From assembly GCF_006345805.1 (NCBI RefSeq), contig NC_043002.1, positions 49,786,001 to 49,850,000 of the forward strand: DNA of 64,000 nt, written 5' to 3'. Shown here piece after piece: positions 12,223 through 26,788 of the stretch (its first letter is position 1; each line of letters starts with the position of its first letter). This stretch comes from Octopus sinensis (taxonomy: Eukaryota). Below the pieces are notes generated by a model. It saw nothing but the letters and a program-made list of their open reading frames with translations, was not told the DNA's origin and did no database searches. The translations under genes and the position numbers were made by a program.

Positions 12223-14547
12223 CATTATTATTATCCACCTTGTGGTGGATTGTGTATCTGAGACTGTATTATCTAATGGATTGCTCTTTCAGTCTGCTTT
12301 CCTTTCCAAGACGGAAGAGAGTGATTCGAGGTAGATTCGATTTCTATTTCTAACAAGCCGAATGAACACGGAGTGTGGCTCCTCCAATGATAAGTGTGTA
12401 TTTATATTTGTGTATCCATGTCACTAAAACTACAAACAAACACACACACACACACACGCACGCACTCACATTTATAATGCCGTTATATATAATGTATTTT
12501 TAAAGCAATAACATAATCCCTACTAACGAACTCTCCTACACCTTCCCTTATCTTCCACACCTCTCTACATACCTGCTAACATTCTCTTATTTGCTCTGCC
12601 TCTTACTTTCCCCTCTCCTGTCTGCATTACTTCCCTTTATTAATTTCTTCTCCCTCTTATATGTCTCATCTAGCTTTCTCTCCTTCATTCACTTAATTTT
12701 CTCCCCCCCCCCCCACGCTTTCTTCTTTCCGTTTTCGGTTTTCACCACCTTGTCTACGTTCCGGTCACCCTTTTACTCTTTCATAATCTCCTCTCCTCTC
12801 TCTCTCTCCCTTCTATTCTTCCTCCGCTCCTTCCCTCCCTGCCTCACTCTGCGCATTCCAACTCTTTTATTATTTATGTTCTCGTAATTTAATCTAACCT
12901 CTCTAGCCAACCGTCTCTCGCTCTCTTCACCCCACCCTTCTCCGACGACTCGAATCAAATATTTTTTCTCCAAGTGGAAAAATAAGTGGATATTTAAAGC
13001 ACAAACCAAAATACATTAAAGGAATTTTCTTTGTTATTAAAATCCATAAAATTGCAAGTGGAATTTTTAAAACTAAGAATAATTATAGAGATCTTCAAAT
13101 GAAGAAACAAACATAAAGCGATTTCAATACATATATATATATATATTATATAGATATATATATATATATACTCGCGCGCTCACACACATATATATATAAT
13201 CATATACACGCACGCATTGACGATAAAATAAGAAAAAGATTAAAATACAGTGGCAGACTGTGTAACTAATTTTAGCAAAAGTTTTAAGCACTTTATCTAA
13301 CAACAAGGATCAGGAAATTTATTAAAACGATGTGGGCTAAAGGATATATTTACGTACAATGTCTTGGCGTCGTTATAGTGTCATTTTAATTTACGGCAGT
13401 TGGAAGTACACCAAGAAGTTTACGATTTTTAAGGTGGTGTTGGTGGTGATTTTTAGCAAAGGAAAGAAAAACAACAGTAGCCAATAAATTGGTCGTCTTT
13501 TTTATTTGTGTATTTATTTACTGTCATTGTTTTTTTTTTTTACATTTACAGATGATTTGATTTTCTTGACGTTTCTATTCCGAGTTCCGCAAATTTATAT
13601 TGTAGTTGGTTTTTTTTTTTGTTCTTTTTTTGTCATTAAAAAAATTTTTTTTAAATTATTGTCCGAAAAAAATATATATTTACTAAAGCTGTAATTTGTT
13701 ATTGTTGTTGTTGTTGCTATTGTTGCTGCTGTTGTTGTTTGGGCTCAGGTCAACCCAATGACGATATGTTTTGAGTGATTAAAGGTCGTTGATCAGCCAG
13801 CCTATCCATTTTTCTTCCTTTCTTTCGAGACATAGTGTAACTAGGGCTACATTATCTAATGTCGCTCCTTTTACTAAGACTGTTGTATGTTATGAATTGA
13901 AGATAATGTGACAGCAATTTTTTTGCAGATCGAAAATCTTCATGCATTCCCGCGCCACTTCATCCGTTCTGTGTTTTATGCGTGTGGCATCATTTTCTAA
14001 TTACATCAATATAATCCTGGAATAAATAATCTAACGAATATATATATATTTAGAAATATATAGCAGTCTATATATACAGAGAGGGCTTATATTTATTTGT
14101 TTGTTTGTTTATTTCCCGGGCAGGGCGCTACATCAAGAGAAAATATCTAAAACTTTGAAAAGTTTGGTACAACAGAAGGAAAGTTCAACTATGAGAACTG
14201 TACTTTGCAAATAAATGTTGATTCGAGACTCTAATCGAGTGGAGGTGGGCATAGAATTACACGCCTAACAGACATGATATCAAAATCGTTCTGGCTATGA
14301 CTGACTGACTGACCAGATGGATGGATGGTTGTTTTTTTTTTTTTTTTGTCTTTTTAATCTAGAGGAAATTTTGGCCAGCCACTTGCTTTGCAGCGAGGTT
14401 GTGAAGGACAGTATCTTGTTTTAAACATCTACCATTAAATTTTAAGGTCTTGCAAATTCTATAGTCCCTGGATATCGTAATCATTTGTATCAGATGAATG
14501 AAGGATTTGCATTCTTTCCCACTGTATGTATGTATGCATGTAATGTG

Positions 14548-14697
14548 CAGGGCTGGTGCCCCGGGCAAGCTGAATTTCGGCGTGTACAAGCTGACTGTCG
14601 TGGAATTTCCTTGTTTTTGTGACTCCTTCCTTGGTGCCCCCTAGCACATGACGCCTCGGGCGACTGCCCGAGTTACCTGTACCTTGAGCCGGCCCTG
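14548..14697. mobile_element. 150-bp hAT-type MITE
   Basis: TIRs CAGGGCTGG.. / ..CCGGCCCTG. 8-bp TSD GTAATGTG / GTAGTGTG. Confidence 0.8.
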
Positions 14698-14982
14698 GTA
14701 GTGTGTCAACAATAGAAGACTCGGTGGTGACAAGTGCAACGTCTTCTCTATCAGGGCTGACCTGAGGCAACAACACACACAGGCACACACACACGCGCGC
14801 GCGCGCGCAAGAGTATGTAAATGTGAAGAGTGAGAAAGATAGTATGAAGTGAATATAAAGTGTATGAAAAATTAAAGAGAAATAGAGAGGCACAGAAAAA
14901 GAGAAGGAGGAGTAAGATGATAAGTAATGATGATAGTGAGGAGGAAATGGAGAGAGAGAAGGGAGAGTGTGTGTGTATGTAT

Positions 14983-15011
<29 letters not shown>

Positions 15012-15013
<2 letters not shown>

Positions 15014-15166
15014 GGTGCTGTGTGGTAAGCAGCTTGCATCTCAGTCACATGGTTCCGGGTTCAGTCCCACTGCATGGCACCATGAGCAAGTGTCTTCTAC
15101 TATAGACTCGGGCTAACCAAATCCTTGGGAATGGATTTGGTAGGCGGAAACTGAAAGAAGCCCGTC

Positions 15167-15210
<44 letters not shown>

Positions 15211-15352
15211 GTGTCTTTGTGTCTGTGTTTGTCCCCCTATCACTGCTTGACATCGATAGAATAAGTACTTGGCTTACTGATTTGTTCGACTAAAACCGCT
15301 TAAGGTGGTGCTCCAACATGACCGCAGTCAAATGACTGAAACAACTAAAAGA
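15012..15352 (+). mobile_element. SINE-B with internal (TA)n and a 3' deletion
   Basis: Matches B copies elsewhere in the window. Confidence 0.85.
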
Positions 15353-15554
15353 ATATATATACACACACATACATACAGAAAGAGAGAGAGAGAGAGAAGA
15401 TGAAATAGGGGGAGATGTTGAATATGATGTGAAAGTAAGGAGCGAAAAACAGGGGGAGGCGAAAATAGACAAGAAAAAGGGCTTAAGATAACGAGAAAAG
15501 CCCAATAAGATTGAGACACAGGGAGGATATATATGTACGTAACAAGGCACAGAC

Positions 15555-16225
15555 GACATAAATATTTATGTATCAAGAGAAAGCCTTATAACTGTGTCAC
15601 ATTACAGATGCGCACAGGCATAACATGTTTTTGTAACAATTAGGGCTTATACAAGCGATACATGTATATTTATGTTACAGTTAAGAAATACATGGGGCGA
15701 TGCGTATATATTCGTGTAACAATTAAAAGACCTAGACAATACTTAAATGTTTATGTAACAATTAGAAGACGCGAGGAAGAGGTGGTATATGTATATTTAT
15801 GTAACTATTCATAGCCATCGAAGATACATATTTATGTAGCATTTCAGCTACACGCAGGCGAAACATTATTTTGAGACAGTTAAGACACACTAGCGATACG
15901 TATGACTGTAATTAGAAAACAGAGACGAAACCTACGCATTTATGTAGTAATTAGGAGACACGCTGGTGATATAATATGTAACAGTTGATAGTCACAGGGG
16001 ATGTATAGATATTTATGAAGCGGTACATATATATTATGAAGCGATACATATACATTTATGTAACAATTAATAGACACAAATGATACTAACATACGTAAAT
16101 GCATACGTGTGTGTACGCGTGCGTATGTAAGAGGTAGGAGTCGCACAGGCGATAGATATATTTATGTAACAACTAAGAGACTTACAGGCGATACATATAT
16201 ATATATTTATGTAACAGTACAAATT
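15555..16225 (+). repeat. Degenerate ~40-bp minisatellite
   Basis: About 15 recurrences of GCGATACATATATTTATGTAACAATTA-like blocks with variable linkers. Confidence 0.8.
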
Positions 16226-16884
16226 TCTAACATCGCTACTAATTGAAACATTTTTCGGAAAGACGCGGTTAAGAGAAAGAGAGACAGACAGAGAAGACAG
16301 GCTGCTTTTTAAAATTGCAAATGTATTTCGTCACTCATCTCAGATTCGTTGATTGTCGTTGGTGGTGGTGGTGGTTATCATGATTGGTGGTGATGGTGAT
16401 GATGTTTTCTGTTAAGGTGATAGTGTTGTTGAGGTTGATATTAAAGACGACGAGGACGATGATGATGATGTGATGCTTGTATTGTTCATATGACGATGCT
16501 AATTATGGGGCGGCGGGGTTAATGTTGATGATGATGATGATATTTTCGTTTGTGAGTTTGCTTTAGCTTTTCCCAAGTACATCGCCTAAAACTATAATAC
16601 GTTGCTCTCATTTTTCTTGCTTCCTTCCTTTCTTTCTTTCTTTCATCCTTTTTTCCTTTTCTTCTTCTGTTGTAATTCTTCAAAATATCCATTCTTAATT
16701 TTTTAAGACAGTTTATTTCAAAAAAAAAAACCAAATATTGTTTTACATCCTCCACCTCACTCCCTTTTCAAAAGCAAACCATTGCAAACAATCCACACAC
16801 ACACACACACACTAAGTATATGCATGTATGTATGTGTGTGTATTTATGTGTGCATATACATACATATGTTTGTGTGTGTGTGTG

Positions 16885-16956
<72 letters not shown>

Positions 16957-17690
16957 TGTACGTATGCATGCATGTATGTATACATTTATTTGTGTATGCA
17001 TTTATATATATATATATGTGTGTGTGTGTATATATATACTCTTTTATTCTTTTATATATATATGTATATATATATGTGTGTGTGTGTGTGTATATGTGCA
17101 TGTGTGTTTGTGTGTAAAAGATACATATATATCTCCCATGTGTATATATATATATATATGTGCATAGACACACACACACAAGCACACACACACACACACA
17201 CAAGCACACGCACACCAGCACACGTACACAAGCACACACACACACAGACACATACATATATAGAGAGAGAGAGGTTTGGGGGGGGCGCATTTGTTATATA
17301 TATTTTTTGCACATTTTTTTTCTTCGATGCTTATTCATTAGTTAAGTTGATCTAGTTGTTATCGATATAGTTTTTGTTGTAGAGGTGGTTATGTTTTTGT
17401 TGTTGTCCTCGTTGTTTTAGGCCTTGTTAGTATCGATGTTGTTTTCCGTTGATGTAGTTCTTGCTAAGTTTTAAAAGTTTCGTCCCGAGCTCCTCTTACT
17501 CCCTTTCTCTACTCTCTGCCCCTCTCTCTCTCTCTCCCCTCCCCGTTTATCCTCTTGTTAATCCCTTATCGATGCATAAATAAGGGTAATGTTCTTAAAA
17601 TTTCACTGACGACACTCAGTTTTACTGTGTAAAAATATTTGCCACATGTATACATACATACATGCATTTCTGTGTCTGTATGTACGCACG

Positions 17691-17745
<55 letters not shown>

Positions 17746-17976
17746 TTTTATACATATATCTGTGTTTATATGTATATGTCTATGATATGTGAGTACATAT
17801 ATAGGTATTTATATGTGCGCACTCACATACACACACACACACACATACATACCCACACACGTACAAAGCCAGTTTAGGACACAATCTGAATGTGGGTAAA
17901 ATGATACTCTTAAACAAGGATTTTTAATCTTTGGAGAAATTAAATATAAAAATTACACGCATTTATTTTCGTTCAT

Positions 17977-18012
<36 letters not shown>

Positions 18013-18085
18013 CTCTCCATCCCTCTTGTCGTTCTCTTTTTGTCCTTCATCGTAATTGAGCAAACCAATAATTTTTCGCAACTTT

Positions 18086-18675
18086 CGGGCGAAATGCGTA
18101 GCCGTATTTCGTCTGCCGTTACGTTCTGAGTTCAAATTCTGCCGAGGTCGACTTTGCCTTTCATCCTTTCGGGGGCGATTAAATAAGTACCAGTTACGCA
18201 CTGGGGTCCATATAATCGACTTAATCCGTTTGTCTGTCCTTGTTTGTCCCTTCTGTGTTTAGCCCCTTGTGGATAGTAAAGAAATAGGCATTTCGTCTGC
18301 CGTTACGTTGTGAGTTGAAATTCCGCCGAGGTCGACTTTGCTTTTCATCCTTTCGGGGTCGATAAATTAAGTATCAATTGCATACTGGGGTTAATAGAAT
18401 CGACTGGCCCCCTCCCCCAAAATTTCGGACCTTGTGCCTAGAGTAGAAAAAATTATTATTACCATTATTAGCAGAAATAAGGCAGCGAGATGGCAGAATC
18501 GTTAGCACCCTGGCGAAAGTCTTAACGTACTGAGTTCAAATTCCGCAGAGGTCCACTTTGCCTTTCATCCTTTCGGGTCCGTTAAAATAAATGCCAGTGA
18601 AACACTGGGGTCGATGTAATCGACTAGTACCCCACCCCTAAAGTTTCATGCCTTTGTGTCTATAGTAGACAGGAT
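18086..18675 (+). mobile_element. SINE-A dimer followed by a third, partly deleted copy
   Basis: Core occurs three times. Junction GAAATAG|GCATTTC at ~18288. Confidence 0.9.
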
Positions 18676-19369
18676 TATTATTATTATTATTATTATTATT
18701 ATTTCAAAATTGTATGTTTTCTCTCTTTCTCTTTTCCCAGGCTCACATGTTGTGTGTTCGAACTTCTCTTTACTTTCAATTCCCTCTCAAAATTACTTTA
18801 CGTTTGTCATTGATTGTTGCCCTTAGAAAATGATGAGTGTGACAATTGCCCGTTCTTTTGTCCCTTACAGATTGACTTTGTAATCTGAAACATTAAACGA
18901 AAACAAATAGCCAGCAACTCTCCCTTCGCAGTCACTTCTACGCACTGTCGCGTCTCATCGTCAACCTCTGCTCATCTTTATTTCCTGGAGCTAGCTTAAG
19001 GCTTAGAAATCTTCTGCAGAGCTAAATTCATGTTTCCCACATGAGCATAGGTCTTGGACAGGCGACTCTTAGAGCTACAACGAATGAAAACAAAGCAGAA
19101 AAGAGCGACAGACTAACATAGAGGGAGGAGAGAAGAGGAAGACGGAGTCAGAGACATCGAGAAAGAGAGAAAGTATGTGTATATCTTAATGCGTGTGTCT
19201 ATGTATGATGGCTAATATACTTTCTACTACAGTCACAAGGTCAGAAATTTTGTGGGGCTGGGAGTTTTAAATTTCCGGTCGTGAGAGAGAGAGAGTGGAG
19301 AAGAAAGAGCGAGAAAGTGCATGTCTGACGATCGTCGTCGCATGAAACTCGAGCGGAGAGAAAGGAAAA

Positions 19370-19725
19370 TCGATTCTCAGCCAAGTGGTTTCTGATTTAA
19401 TCCCACTACATGGCACCTTTGTCTAATGTTTTCTGCTATAGCTCCGAATTGGCCAATGCCTTTTGATGGAATTTAGCTGACGGAAGCTGTGTGAAAGCCC
19501 GTGTGTGTGTGCACGGGGTTTGAGTGTGCGTGTTTGTATTTGCCATCAACTGCTTGACAAAGGTTTGGTTGCTTTACATCCTTATAAGTTAGAGTTTCGG
19601 GGAGAAATCAATAGGATAAGTACGAGATTTAAAGTAAGTACTGGTTCGTCTACACTCTACATATCATTGCCCCAACAGGGCCGCAGTTCAGTAACTGAGA
19701 AAAATTTCAAAAAATAAAAGAAAAA
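19370..19725 (+). mobile_element. Highly diverged SINE-B
   Basis: Residual 5' and 3' half similarity. Confidence 0.65.
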
Positions 19726-20672
19726 TATATCTTCATAAATGTAGATATAATATATTCGGTTTATAGAGTCTGCTTCGCCATTTCATTACTAATAATCGGC
19801 TGTTAGAAACAACAAAAAAAAAAAAACTTATAAAACAGCTTATCAATTGCGGTATCAACACGATCCGATCGTGAGGCTGGAGAAAATCACGGCTATTCTC
19901 ACATTCAGACTTTCATGTACGTATCCCCGTAAGTACAAAGCAAAATGCTAAATTATGAATGACACACGATAAACAATTCTTATGTATAAACTATTGGCTT
20001 ACTGCTGATTCAGTTAAGGGAACAAGACCATATGATTGCTACCTTGTATTCTCCATAGTCTCGTCGGGTTAACGATGAATGCTGATGATGGAAAGACTTA
20101 TGAACCTATATACATGTATGTATATATATATACATATATAGATAGGCACATACATAATTATATGCGTTCATATAGATATGTAATTAGGACACTGGGCCGC
20201 AATTCACATGTAATGTATATATATATATATATATATATTTGTAAAAAATGAAGTTCGAAAATGCTGCTGTATTATACAATTTTTAATTTTTATATATACA
20301 TTATAACATGTTTCAGTTCCTGAAATGAACCTTATCAAAAAAAGTTATATATAAAAAGAGACAGCTCATGCCGTCAAACACAAGAAATTCATTTATAATA
20401 CACAACGGAGTCAGACATCTTAGAGTTCATGTATAGTTGATATATAGTTCATGTATAGTTGATATATAGTTTGAAGTATATGTTCAAGTGTTCGATGCAG
20501 TGGCCCACGGTGGCGATACGTATTCAATACAAAAAACAGATCAAAGTGGTGGAAAGCGGTCAATACAGAAGATTGATGTTTCCGAAAGAGCGAGGAATTC
20601 ATTTTTACCTTAAGCAATTGTGATGACCCATGGTGGAAGTTCGCTGGGTGGTTCTGTATATATATATATATA

Positions 20673-20892
20673 CTCTTTTACTTGTTTCAGTCATTTGACT
20701 GAGGCCATGCTGGAGCACCACCTTTAATCGAGCAACTCGACCCCGGGACTTATTCTTTGTAAGCCCAGTACTTATTCTATCGGTCTCTTTTGCCAAACCG
20801 CTAAGTGACGGGGACATAAACACACCAGCATCGGTTGTCAAGCAAAGCTAGGGGGACAAACAGACACATAACACACGAAACATATATATATA

Positions 20893-20923
<31 letters not shown>

Positions 20924-21086
20924 AATATACGACGGGCTTCTTTCAGTTTCCGTCTACGAAATCCACTCACAAGGCTTTGGTCGGCCCGAGGCTATAGTAG
21001 AAGACACTTGCCCAGGTGCCACGCAGTGGACTGAACCCGGAACCATGTGGTTGGGGTAAGCAAGCTACTTACCACACAGGACTCCT
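20673..21086 (-). mobile_element. Full-length SINE-B
   Basis: Both halves with internal (TA)n; reverse complement of 25210-25650. Confidence 0.95.
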
Positions 21087-21102
21087 AACCATGCGTCTTC
21101 AC

Positions 21103-21149
<47 letters not shown>

Positions 21150-21153
<4 letters not shown>

Positions 21154-21465
21154 AGACGCGCGGTTAGAGCATTCGATTCACGATCCTAATGTCGTGAGTT
21201 CAATTCCCGGCGACGTATTGTGTCCTTTGAGCAAGACACTTTATTTCACGTTGCTCCAGTCCTCTCAGCTGGCAAAAATGAGTAGTACCTGTATTTCAAA
21301 GAGCCAGCCTTGTCACACTCTGTGTCACACTGAATCTCCCTGAGAACTATGTTAAGGGTACACGTGTCTGTGGGGTGCTCAGCCACTTGCACGTTAATTT
21401 CACGAGCAAGCTGTTCCGTCGATCGTATCAGCTGGAAGCCTCGTCGCCGTAACCGACAAAGTGCT
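21150..21465 (+). mobile_element. SINE-C with tail type 2
   Basis: tRNA-like head, C core, tail CCAGCCTTGTCACACTCTGTGTCAC...GTAACCGAC. Second copy at 26368. Confidence 0.9.
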
Positions 21466-21466
21466 C

Positions 21467-21500
<34 letters not shown>

Positions 21501-21989
21501 CATATATCCTATACTTATAATATCAATATAAGTGCATGCGTTACAATATGTATATGTATGTGTGTATAACTATGTATGTCGGTATATATTTATACATACT
21601 GTGTGTATGAGTATGTATATACATATGCATGCATACAGGTATTATGCTTATACTTTTATCTATATACATTGGTGTGCTTCAGTTATATATGTATGTACGT
21701 ATCTATTTCTCTGTCCCTATCTCTACTTATATACGCGCGCTTATGTGTGTGAGAGGGTAATTTGCATTTGCCTCTCACTAATTGACAATCAGTGTACTTA
21801 CGGTGAGGTTCTCATTACTTGGTGGTTCAGCAAAAAGGAACCGATATAATAAATAGATGTCTCAGAAAATAAGGACCGAAGATAATTTAATTGACTGTAA
21901 TCTTTACAGCGGTGAAGAATAAAAGCATATCATAATTCACATATGCTCATTACACACACACATACATATAATTTCATGTTATGCCATAA

Positions 21990-22046
21990 TTATGTCACAT
22001 ATAACTGAGTGTGTGTATGTATATATCTCTGCCTGTATCTATCAAT

Positions 22047-22091
<45 letters not shown>

Positions 22092-22193
22092 CACACATGT
22101 ACGTATATACATATAAATATACATAAATATATATATGTATATATATATATATATGTATATATATATGTGTGATATATTACATATATAGATACA

Positions 22194-22250
<57 letters not shown>

Positions 22251-22473
22251 CATATATATGTATATATACTTATATATATATACATGTATATATACTTATA
22301 TATATATACATGTATATATACTTATATATATATACATGTATATATACTTATATATATACATGTATATATGCGTATATATATATACATGTATATATGCGTA
22401 TATATATATACATGTATATATACGTATATATATATACATGTATATATAAATATATATATACATATATATATAC

Positions 22474-22510
<37 letters not shown>

Positions 22511-22555
22511 CGTATGTATGTATATATATATATTAATATATAAAAGTATATATAT
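21990..22555. repeat. (TA)-based array with a higher-order ~24-26-bp unit
   Basis: TATATATATACATGTATATATACT-type units, then ..ACATGTATATATGCG.. units, around 22250-22450. Confidence 0.85.
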
Positions 22556-22878
22556 CATGCGTCCTTTGTAAATTATATATTTGCATGCACACACATATCT
22601 ATATAATTTCTATATAATCATATCTATATATCATATCTGTATAATATATATTGTTTATAATTAAAATTATGTATTGTTTATAATTATATTTTAGTTGTTA
22701 TATTTTTTGTCTCTGGTATCGTCCATATATTAAACCATATGTGTGTGTGTGTGTTTACGTAAATGCCTATGTATATGTACGTCTACAATATATAAATATA
22801 TTGCGTATATGTATGGAATATATTACATATACGTTTTGTAATAATAATATTCACTTTATACTTTTTCATTAAGCCTAA

Positions 22879-22916
<38 letters not shown>

Positions 22917-23617
22917 CATACATACATACATACATATACATATAATGTGTCGCTAGTTTTAATATATGTGATAATATATATATATATTATATATATGTAT
23001 AGACATTTGTATGTGTTATATTTTGTATATATATATGTATATATTATACAAGTATATTATCTCTTTTTATGTAATTGTCTCCGTATTTATCATTCGTGTG
23101 TGTGTGTGTGTGTGTGTGTGCATTTATATATAGGAAATGTAAGCAAAATATTCGCTAAAAATGTCGTGTAGAAGAATATATACTGTCTGCAGTTATGTAA
23201 TTATTTGCTGGCTATTTCTTTATTATCTATTTCAACTAATATTTATTATCTATTTCAACTAATATTTTAACCTTTCCATGCTTCAATCCGTAAAGTTCAT
23301 CTTTTATAATTTGCTGATTCTTAAAATCAAAATGGCAATTAATATTTTCTTTTTTTTTTTTCTGTTAGTCTCCATGAATTATGTACGAAATCTTGTAATT
23401 CGCTGTTGTATTTTTGTTATCATTTTCTTCATTGTGTGTTTGCTTATATATATACACCAATATGTATATCTATTTCTAGCAGCTCTGAATTCTTTCAACA
23501 TATACACATGTCCATGCACCTGTTCATTAGAGTAATTATTTTAACTAATTGATATGCGTTTCATACACTCACTCATATACACACACATATATTTACATAT
23601 ATGAATGCATATATATA

Positions 23618-23790
23618 ATGCGCTTGGCTTAGATTTCCCTTGGCGGGCTGGCCATATCGGAGCAATCTCAAGATTAATCAGCCGAAATGCTAAGATGATC
23701 GGGTTTGATGATGACTGAGGCTTCGAATGTCCCGTCCTGTGGTTCTTGTGTCGTCTCTGTGGTGTTTCATGGTCTTGTCCATGTCTGTAT
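23618..23790 (+). repeat. Dispersed ~170-bp repeat of unknown family
   Basis: Homologous to 47165-47320 (+) and 49465-49645 (-). Shared GGCTTCGAATGTCCCGTCC-like core. Confidence 0.75.
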
Positions 23791-23857
23791 TTAATTTTAC
23801 TGTTTACCTAATGTATATAATATATATATATACATATATATACATATATATATATAC

Positions 23858-23891
<34 letters not shown>

Positions 23892-24608
23892 ACATACATA
23901 TATATATAATACATATCTATATATATAATACATATATATATACAATATATAACATCTATATATATATATATAGATATAGATACATACATATATATATATA
24001 TATATAACATATATATATATATACATGCACAATACACACACCACACACACATATATATATCTCAGTATGACCAGAGAACCCTTTGACATTTAAACGGGAG
24101 TATTAATTTACATATTTTTTTCTTTTTATGACTATTTTGTTTATATACTATCTTCGCTATTTTTATAATCCTGAACTTCAGTTGATGTGATTATATTTGT
24201 GTGTGTGTGTGTGTGTGTGTACAGTTAGATCGATAGATATGATGGCTATCAAATTGTGGACGGGTATGACCATCACTAATATAGCAATCCCTGTGTGCAT
24301 ACTTTTAGGTCCCATAAGGCATGCACGACTCCTAATCCTCAGAAAACTTCTACACCCTATCGGCGTGATTCAAAGACACGAACAGGCGAGATATCTCGTG
24401 CCAATACATACATACATACACACACACATATATACATACATACACACACATATACATTCACACACACATACATGCATACATACATACAGACAGACAGAAT
24501 TATCAAAAGATTTAAGAATATTCATTCTCCTACAATTGGAAACAATATATTTACATATTTAGTTATCTATGTGTGTGCGCGCGCACATAAACGATCATTT
24601 ATATATAC

Positions 24609-24640
<32 letters not shown>

Positions 24641-25209
24641 CTGTGCGCGCGCGCGTGTGTATGTGCGCGCGTGTGCTTGTGTGTGTGCATATAAATTTGA
24701 TTCGGTTCTGTGCTGCTTCAAGTTTCGCGGGCCCCTAAAGGGAGCCCAACTCCTTCAGGCTTCTGGAAATCCGAATACATGTGTGTGTGTGTGTGTCATT
24801 TCATCAAATCGTTTCTGTTAACAAATTTTTTTGAAATCGTGAATTTTTTATAAAAACTACAACTTGCTATAGACGGGTTTAATTCATTGGATCGGTTATA
24901 GTATTAGTGAATGATTAATATTTAGCGCTCTATTTCGAGGATCACCAACTACTATGCGCCATGCTTTCGCTATTTGTTTTAGGTACTTCTTGGTCCCATT
25001 GCCCTTGACTCAGCAGACCTCTTGGATGTTACATTTGGGAGTTGGTGCTCAGAAAACTCAGATATTCTCGCCCAAAAGCTTAGCCCTTTTGCTACCATAT
25101 TCCTTTTGAAATTATTCTTGTAACACTGAATTTTTAAAGAAATGCAGTATCAATTAAAACACTGCCGTTATTCAGCTGGTGTGAAATTTTGATGGAAATT
25201 TTATATATA

Positions 25210-25371
25210 GGCGCAGGAGTGGCTGTGTGGTAAGTAGCTTGTTTACCGACCAAATGGTTCCGGGTTCAGTCCCACTGCGTAGCATCTTGGGCAAGTGTCT
25301 TCTGCTATAGCCCGGGCCGACCAATGCCTTATGAATGGATTTGATAGACGGAAACTGAAAGAAGCCTGTCG

Positions 25372-25435
<64 letters not shown>

Positions 25436-25650
25436 TTTGTGTGTCTGTTTGTCCCCCTAGCATTGCCTGACAACCGATGCTGGTGTGTTTACGTCCCCGT
25501 AACTTAGCGGTTCGGCAAAAGAGACCGATAGAATAAGTACTGTGCTTACAAAGAATAAGTCCTGGAGTCGATTTGCTCGACTAAAGGCGGTGCTCCAACA
25601 TGGCCGCAGTCAAATGACTGAAACAAGTAAAAGAAAAAGAAAAAGAAAGA
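25210..25650 (+). mobile_element. Full-length SINE-B
   Basis: GGCGCAGGAGTGGCTGTGTGGTAAG head, CORE-like CTTGGGCAAGTGTCTTCT, internal (TA)n(TG)n, tail GACTGAAACAAGTAAAAGA. Confidence 0.95.
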
Positions 25651-25870
25651 AAATATATATTTAGATCAATTTAGAAATTGGTTTTCTGCAATAAAAACAA
25701 GAGCAGTTTCGGGTGCGTAAGCCATGCAAGTGTAAAAGTTCAACTACGTACCGTGAACAAATGGTGATGTTCATGCAGGAATGGTTTAGGATCCAGCCCT
25801 TAACCTCGAGACCGTATTCCTTACTGCGAGAAGAGCGTGTCACTGTGACAGCCCAGTTCTAGTAACAATA

Positions 25871-26092
25871 CGGGAGGATGCTGAAAAGTTCCTGGTTGGC
25901 TTTAAGGGTATCACGAAAGGTCTGACTGGAGACCCAAACTTCCGAGTTCTTTTAGAGGGCTTAGAAAAACTGAAGGACCATTGCAAAAAGCGTGTGAATC
26001 TGAGATGGGAATATGTTGAACAGAATTATAATTAAACTGATCCTCCTGTATTTTCTTTTATCCAAAGCCAGGAACTTCTCAGCACTTTCTCG
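25871..26092 (+). mobile_element. 222-bp mariner deletion derivative (MITE)
   Basis: TA|CGGGAGGATGCTGAAAAGTTCCTGG ... CCAGGAACTTCTCAGCACTTTCTCG|TA. Interior translates to LEKLKDHCKKRVNLRWEYVE, resembling a mariner transposase C-terminus. Confidence 0.85.
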
Positions 26093-26367
26093 TACATCTA
26101 GCTTCCAGTATTTCGTTGGCTCTCTTGTTTAGTAACTCCGGAAAGATAAATCTCAGCTTCCTTCGGTGGGATTTGTACTAAGGAATGTAATCTAGTGATC
26201 ATGCCAAACCGTTGTCATCTAATAAAGTCACAAGGCCACAACTATACATGGCTAATTAGATCGTCACCAATGCTTCGCTGCTTTTCATTTCTCTGTGATC
26301 GAGTATGATATGTGGAGTCAAAGGCACATCCTGTTCCTTATTATCCCATAATATATGTATGATTGGT

Positions 26368-26680
26368 GAAGGCGCGTGGCTTAGTGGTTAGGGTGTTCGG
26401 TTCACGATCGTAATGGCGAGAGTTCGATTCCCGGCAGCACATTTCGTCCTTGAGCATGATGTTTTATTTCACGCTGTTCCAGTCCACTCAGCTGGCAAAA
26501 ATGAGTAGCACCTGTATTTCAAAGGACCAGCCTTGTCACACTTGTGTCACACTGAATCTCCCTGAGAGCTACATTAAAGGTACACGTGTCTGTGGAGTGC
26601 TTAGCCACTTGTGCGTTAATTTCACGAGCAGGCTGTTCCGTTGATCGTATCAACTGGGACCCTCGTAGTCGTAACCAACC
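26368..26680 (+). mobile_element. SINE-C with tail type 2
   Basis: Homologous to 21150-21465. Confidence 0.9.
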
Positions 26681-26691
26681 AATGACGTATT

Positions 26692-26788
26692 TTACTGAAG
26701 AACACAACACATCACCCGATTCAGGAATTGAAACCATAATTTTACGATCGTGATGCCAACACCCTAACCACCAAGTCATGCACCTCCA
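26692..26788 (-). mobile_element. SINE-C head fragment
   Basis: Reverse complement of the tRNA-like head. Confidence 0.8.

Noticed and set aside
13200-13500. Clusters of TTTACG/TTTAT homeodomain-like motifs in unique DNA (also ~47700 and ~48150)
   Set aside because: Such motifs are expected often in AT-rich DNA. An enhancer call would need cross-species conservation data.
15555-16225. CRISPR-like repeat-spacer appearance
   Set aside because: The repeats are degenerate, the linkers are short and related to each other, there are no cas genes, and the context is eukaryotic.
20075-20345. Two hammerhead-like motifs (CTGATGATGGAAGACTTATGAACC on +; TGATAAGGTTC..GGAACTGAAAC on -)
   Set aside because: The core nucleotides are mutated and stems I and III cannot be formed. 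At most these are decayed relics.
24300-24400. Short unique stretch after TTTTAG| reading SHKACTTPNPQKTSTPYRRDSKTRT
   Set aside because: No canonical GT donor and no homology I can recognise; consistent with chance.
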